Assembly (NCBI GenBank): GCA_043228905.1
Contig: JBHGNT010000003.1
Coordinates: 16,306,001-16,370,000 of the forward strand
From: Azolla caroliniana
Taxonomy: Eukaryota > Plantae > Polypodiophyta
Reading direction: 5' to 3'
Length of the DNA: 64,000 bases
In this document: positions 59,288 to 64,000 of the stretch, piece by piece
Numbering within the stretch: the stretch's first letter is position 1
Layout of the letters: each line of letters begins with the position of its first letter
The notes under the pieces: model-generated
Told to the model about the DNA's origin: nothing
The model's input: the letters and a program-made list of their open reading frames with translations, nothing else
Databases searched by the model: none
Program-made: the position numbers and the translations under genes

Positions 59288-60608
59288 TTAATTAATACAC
59301 GAGCGATCGGGTGAGCGCGCACACATTGAGAGACACCCAAATACAATTATGATAGCACAGAGTAGCAGAAAGAGGAGGGAACCTAGTACAATTAGCTTAG
59401 CATTGTTGTCTCCATCATCCACATGGATCCGACTGGCGTCAAACTTCTGCGTATCAGAACGGTGGATGGCATACCACTGCCTCAAATTGTGAGGCATCAA
59501 AGGGATGTCATACCACTGCCTCAAATTGCGAGCCTCTTTGATGCCGCGCTTATGTATTACGAGCTTCGCGCACGGGATGAGATGGTGCGGCTTTGAATCT
59601 ACACCAGCCATCGACAGAATGCTCTGGCGTATGGAATGTGGTATGCTCATGATTCTACACAACCGGGCAGCGTCAAAGTAAGTGATGTAGGCGGAGCATA
59701 TGGGATCTTGCTCGTGGACGTACAGGATCGGCTGCCATGCGCTCAGCAACTGAAACCGTCTCCTCTCTTCTTCCACTACCTCTGCCTTTTGAGTGATGGC
59801 GGTCAATGCCCGAGAGGCGATCTCGTGTAAGAGCTCCACTGTACCGGCAGCCCAGTCCGGAAGGCCTAGCGCAGGTATCCATCCTAACAGCCTACCGTTT
59901 CGTAGGGTAAGGTTTGGTGGATTGAAGAGATGCGCTTCTATTAGCTTTCTATTCTCTGCCATGGCACGCCCTACCAGCAATCCTATGGCCGCCCCTTTCG
60001 AGTGACCCGTCACACAAACCCTCTCCCACCCCACCTCTTCTACCGCTCTCTCAACCACATGAAGCCCCTCCCTGAACCGTGGGTGCAATTCTAACATTCC
60101 CAAATATGTCATAAGATTCACCCCCCAATCTATCGTTCGCATCATTGTGCCGCGGAATGCGACCACGATGGCCACCGTGCCGGTTGGAGCATGGCGTAGC
60201 TTCCTACTGTAAACCGCCCCAAAAATAGTAGGATTACCGTTCTCAGAATTGTCTACAAGCATCTCCTCCAGTTCGTAACCGAAATGTGTCCACCACATGG
60301 CGGTCTGGGTGTCCACATCAGATGGAAGTAGCTGCCCACCTCGGTGTTTTCGGTCATTCTCTAGCTCATACACGCCTGCGACCAAGCACGCCATCGCCAC
60401 TTGTCGGTGACGATTTTCCCACTCCCTAATTATGAAATTATAATGAAACATTAATAACATGTATGAAGGTAGTGAAAAATAATAATCACTATCCACTGAT
60501 TATTGACCAAATAATGTATTCATCACCAACTGACCAAATTTCAGGATCCCTAATTTCGGTTGTTAGGATGCTCTTGAGCTTCGGAGAGTCTTCCCTACCG
60601 TTTCCCAT
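59288..60608 (-). CDS. Class-3 lipase / alpha-beta hydrolase, At4g10955-like; exons 60608-60535 and 60425-59288; 403 aa
   Basis: HRQVAMACLVAGVYELENDR, WWTHFGY, VVAFRGT, GHSKG, HLFNPP, DPIC and HNLRQWY; 109-nt GT-AG phase-2 intron joins in frame (EI-W-EWENRHR); CATATAAA near 60700. Confidence 0.88.
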
Positions 60609-61752
60609 AACCCAGGTTTTGAGGAGGACCTGACCTGAAATATTTGGTTCCAGAAACAAGAGATGAATAACTGCTCCTTACAAGAGAAGAACTAAGCGTT
60701 TATATGGAGGTCAGAGTTAGTAGAGTCATTGGATATAGTATGACAATGTCAAAGTGGCATTGAAGAGGAGGCTCAACATGGCCCTACCCAACCGATTGTG
60801 ATGTCTTCTACTTGTCGTGGTAAGAATGGGATGGTATACGGCAGATATATAGAAAGTCAAGGAAAGCATTATGACCATGTCCAATTTAGCATTAAAAATG
60901 GATGCTCAAGTGGCCCAACCCAATTGACTCAACTTGGAGGGCAATTGATTATAATTTTTGATGCCCCTTTTTGACCAACAAGATAACGACAAATGGTCGC
61001 GACTCGGAATATTATTAGTGTCCAATAGAAGATGAGGATTAAAGTAGGCTTCTCTCAAATTTATGATATCCATGAATCATGATACAATGAGAGATAGAGA
61101 GAGAGACGTCAAAAATTCGATGGGAGCACTAACGCCCTAATTTTATTTATTGGACTAACTAGAAATTCTTTCCTCCGTGGAGTCTTCGTCTTGCCTATTG
61201 GCGATTCAACATGTCCCATTCACTCCAGCACTCAATTTTGGCACCATTACATTATTTTTCACAAACATTTACTAATTAACTGTTTTTATTGAGAAAAGAG
61301 AGAGAACAAAGAGATGAAGAAAAAGAAGAAGAGAGCTTGCTTTTTTTCTGTAATCATAATTAGCCAAATGGTGTCATTATAGTACAAATAAATGAGACTA
61401 TACCATAGCAAAATCTTGTGACAAGGCTATGATATAGACTTGAGGTGATCAAACAATCGAATGTTCGATAGATAAGGGGAGAAAAAGGTACCACGTTCTA
61501 TTAGGTCCCGACACCAAATCACTATATATTATATTATAGTGACAAAGCTTACAACAATCCCAATTTGGGACAAACCAAAAATGAAAAGTTTAGACAAGTT
61601 CGGGACTGAGTCGAGACAACTCCCAAAAAACAATTATGGGAAAGTGAGTACTACACGCTCTTAGAGCTAAAGTAGTGAATGAGACATTGAATATAAATGA
61701 AGGATAATCCTCTTTATATAGGCAGAAGATGATCATTGGGGCTAGCCATTGG

Positions 61753-63860
61753 TGATGGGATTCGATCCCAATGATTTCTGAGGACAACCGATTCTGAAAT
61801 ACACAATGAGCATGGAAACCGGGAAAAACAGCGAATGCACAGTACATAGTAATTACGTGGAAACCCTAAATGGGAAAAACCACACGGAGGAATAGAGATT
61901 ACACTATACAGAGAGAAGTACAAGGTGAGATCACACAATACAACACTCTAAAACTGAGTGTATCAGTCGCACAGGGCCCTTGATGTCCACACTCACTTAG
62001 CTATGGTGCCGCTCTATTTCTCACTCTCACTTTTTTACACACTACTGTTCTATGCTCACTTACGCAATAGAGGCACACACACTACTTTTGCCCTAGGTGT
62101 ATTTATATTCATACACAATATGGGCTATTTACAATCATGGCCATTATTGTTATCTAATAATAATAATAGTCTTATTAATCAGTCGACTGTCAACACTTGG
62201 CCTGACTAGTCGGCTAATCCCTGTCCTCGACTGTCGTCTCTATTTGGGTAGTGGAATCCTCCCACTGGAGGGAAATATTCCTAACAAATTCCCCCTTCAC
62301 TCTTGTGGGAGGGAGTCCGTTAGTCCCGTCCTCTGTTGAAAGGCTCTAAGTCTGTCCATCGGTAGGTTCTTTGTAAGAATGCCGGATCCATTGTTGTCAG
62401 TATGGATCTTCACGAGGATAAACTCTCCTTTTTCAACTTTCTCCTGCAACTAGTGATACCTTCTCTATATATGCTTGGTTTGGGAGTGATACACAATGTT
62501 CTTGGCTAGGTGTATGGCACTTTGGTTGTCACAATGAAGCAAGAACTCCCTTTGCTTCATCCCCAACTCACTGAGAAAATTTCTCATCCAAATCAGCTCT
62601 TTGTCGGCCTCTACCGCTTGCCATGTACTCTGCCTTTGTGGTCGACAAGTCCATCGGTAGGTTCTTTGTAAGCATGTCAGATCCATTGTTGTCAGTATGG
62701 TTCTTCACGAGGATAAACTCTCCTTTTTCGACTTTCTCCTGCAACTAGTGATGCCTTCTCTATATATGCTTGGTTTGGGAGTGATACACAATGTTCTTGG
62801 CTAGGTGTATGGCACTTTGGTTGTCACAATGAAGCAAGAACTCCCTTTGCTTCATCCCCAACTCACTGAGAAAATTTCTCATCCAAATCAGCTCTTTGTC
62901 GGCCTCTACCGCTTGCCATGTACTCTGCCTTTGTGGTCGACAAGTCCATCGGTAGGTTCTTTGTAAGCATGTCAGATCCATTGTTGTCAGTATGGTTCTT
63001 CATGAGGATAAACTCTCCTTTTTCGACTTTCTCCTGCAACTAGTGATGCCTTCTCTATATATGCTTGGTCTGGGAGTGATACGCAATGTTCTTGGCTAGG
63101 TGTATGGCACTTTGGCTATCACAAGGAAGCAAGAAATCCCTTTGCTTCATCCCCAACTCGTTGAGAACATTTCTCATCCAAATCAACTCTTTGCCGGCCT
63201 CTACCGCTTGCCATGTACTCTGCCTTTGTGGTCGACAAGGCCACAGACTTCTGCAGTCGTGACTGCCACGATACTGCTCCCCCTACATAGGTCATCACGT
63301 ACCCTGACATGGATTGGCTTGAGTACAAGGTGAAAGATTCAAACTTCTTGTACCATTGGCGTGGAGCTTGTTTCAGGCCATACAAGCTTTTCTTCAGTTG
63401 ACACACAAGGTTCTCTTTCCCTTTCTCCACAAAGCCTTCGGGCTGCTGCATGTAGATCTCTTCATCCAGCTCCCCGTGCAAGAATGTTGTCTTGACATCC
63501 AACTGTTTGATCTCCAAGTCCATGCTGGCGGCTATGCTCAGAACGTTTGTCATCTTCACGGCTGGTGTGAATATGTCGTCAAAGTTGACACCCGTTTTCT
63601 GTTCGAACCCCTTCACCACTATGCGGGCTTTATAACTAGGTGCGTTGTCGACTTCTCCAGTCTTCACCTTATAGAACCATTTGTTCCTGAGTGCTCTCTT
63701 AGCTTTTGGTAATTCTACTAGGTCATAGGTGTAGTTTTGTGCAAGGAGTCCATCTCATCTTGCATCACGCTCAACCATTTCTCTCTATGCTCGTTGACAA
63801 TGGCTTCATCATAGCACTCTGGTTCACCTTCATCAGTCAAGAAGATGTATTGATTCGGTT
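61753..63860 (-). mobile_element. Decayed Copia: 3' LTR (~61753-62286), triplicated RNase H, internally deleted RT
   Basis: PPT GAAGGGGGAA next to 62286; CDNQSAIHLAKN and QLDVKTTFLHG; outer LTR end inferred from CCCATCA. Confidence 0.82.
62354..63239. repeat. 295-bp tandem triplication of the RNase H segment
   Basis: GTCCATCGGTAGG at 62354, 62649 and 62944. Confidence 0.95.
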
Positions 63861-64000
63861 GAGCTTGTTCGCTCAACACACGAGCTAAAGTAAAATGTGG
63901 TGGGACGTCGATCTATAGAAATGAAAAACGTTGCATGTGAAAAATAGGACAATAAACTATCAAGCCTCCTTAGATAAGTAACAAGGATCTTAAGGTTCGT

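Noticed and set aside
60426-60496. N-terminus of the 402-aa ORF call (MDSDYYF...)
   Set aside because: Lies in the AT-rich intron; the better start is ATG 60608 in exon 1

Overview
Land-plant nuclear DNA (a fern or other seed-free plant is my inference from the element families), roughly 85-90% nested LTR retrotransposons. Copia A (9468-32752, minus, TSD GGGAT) hosts a 1.2-kb solo LTR, a tRNA-Trp-primed Gypsy (B1), and a young, near-intact non-chromovirus Gypsy (F, 22330-32506, TSD CATAG) with an extra ~940-aa ORF. A full-length Tork/Tnt1-like Copia G follows (32963-38485, TSD TGTAC). A second nest (Copia D > Copia C > Gypsy B2 and Copia E) spans ~38.7-57.5 kb, and part of it is duplicated in inverted orientation at 0.15-5.3 kb. 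The right end holds a hAT MITE, one host gene (two-exon class-3 lipase, At4g10955-like) and a decayed Copia with a triplicated RNase H segment. Three observations stand out. (1) Element F has no polypurine tract; a tRNA-Arg-like 3' half ending in CCA sits there instead, i.e. a second, inward-facing primer-binding site. (2) Both Trp-primed Gypsies carry a slippery site plus pseudoknot between protease and RT. (3) All three insertions of the Trp-primed family have 4-bp CpG-centred target sites. All alignments were done by eye and tRNA matches are from memory.
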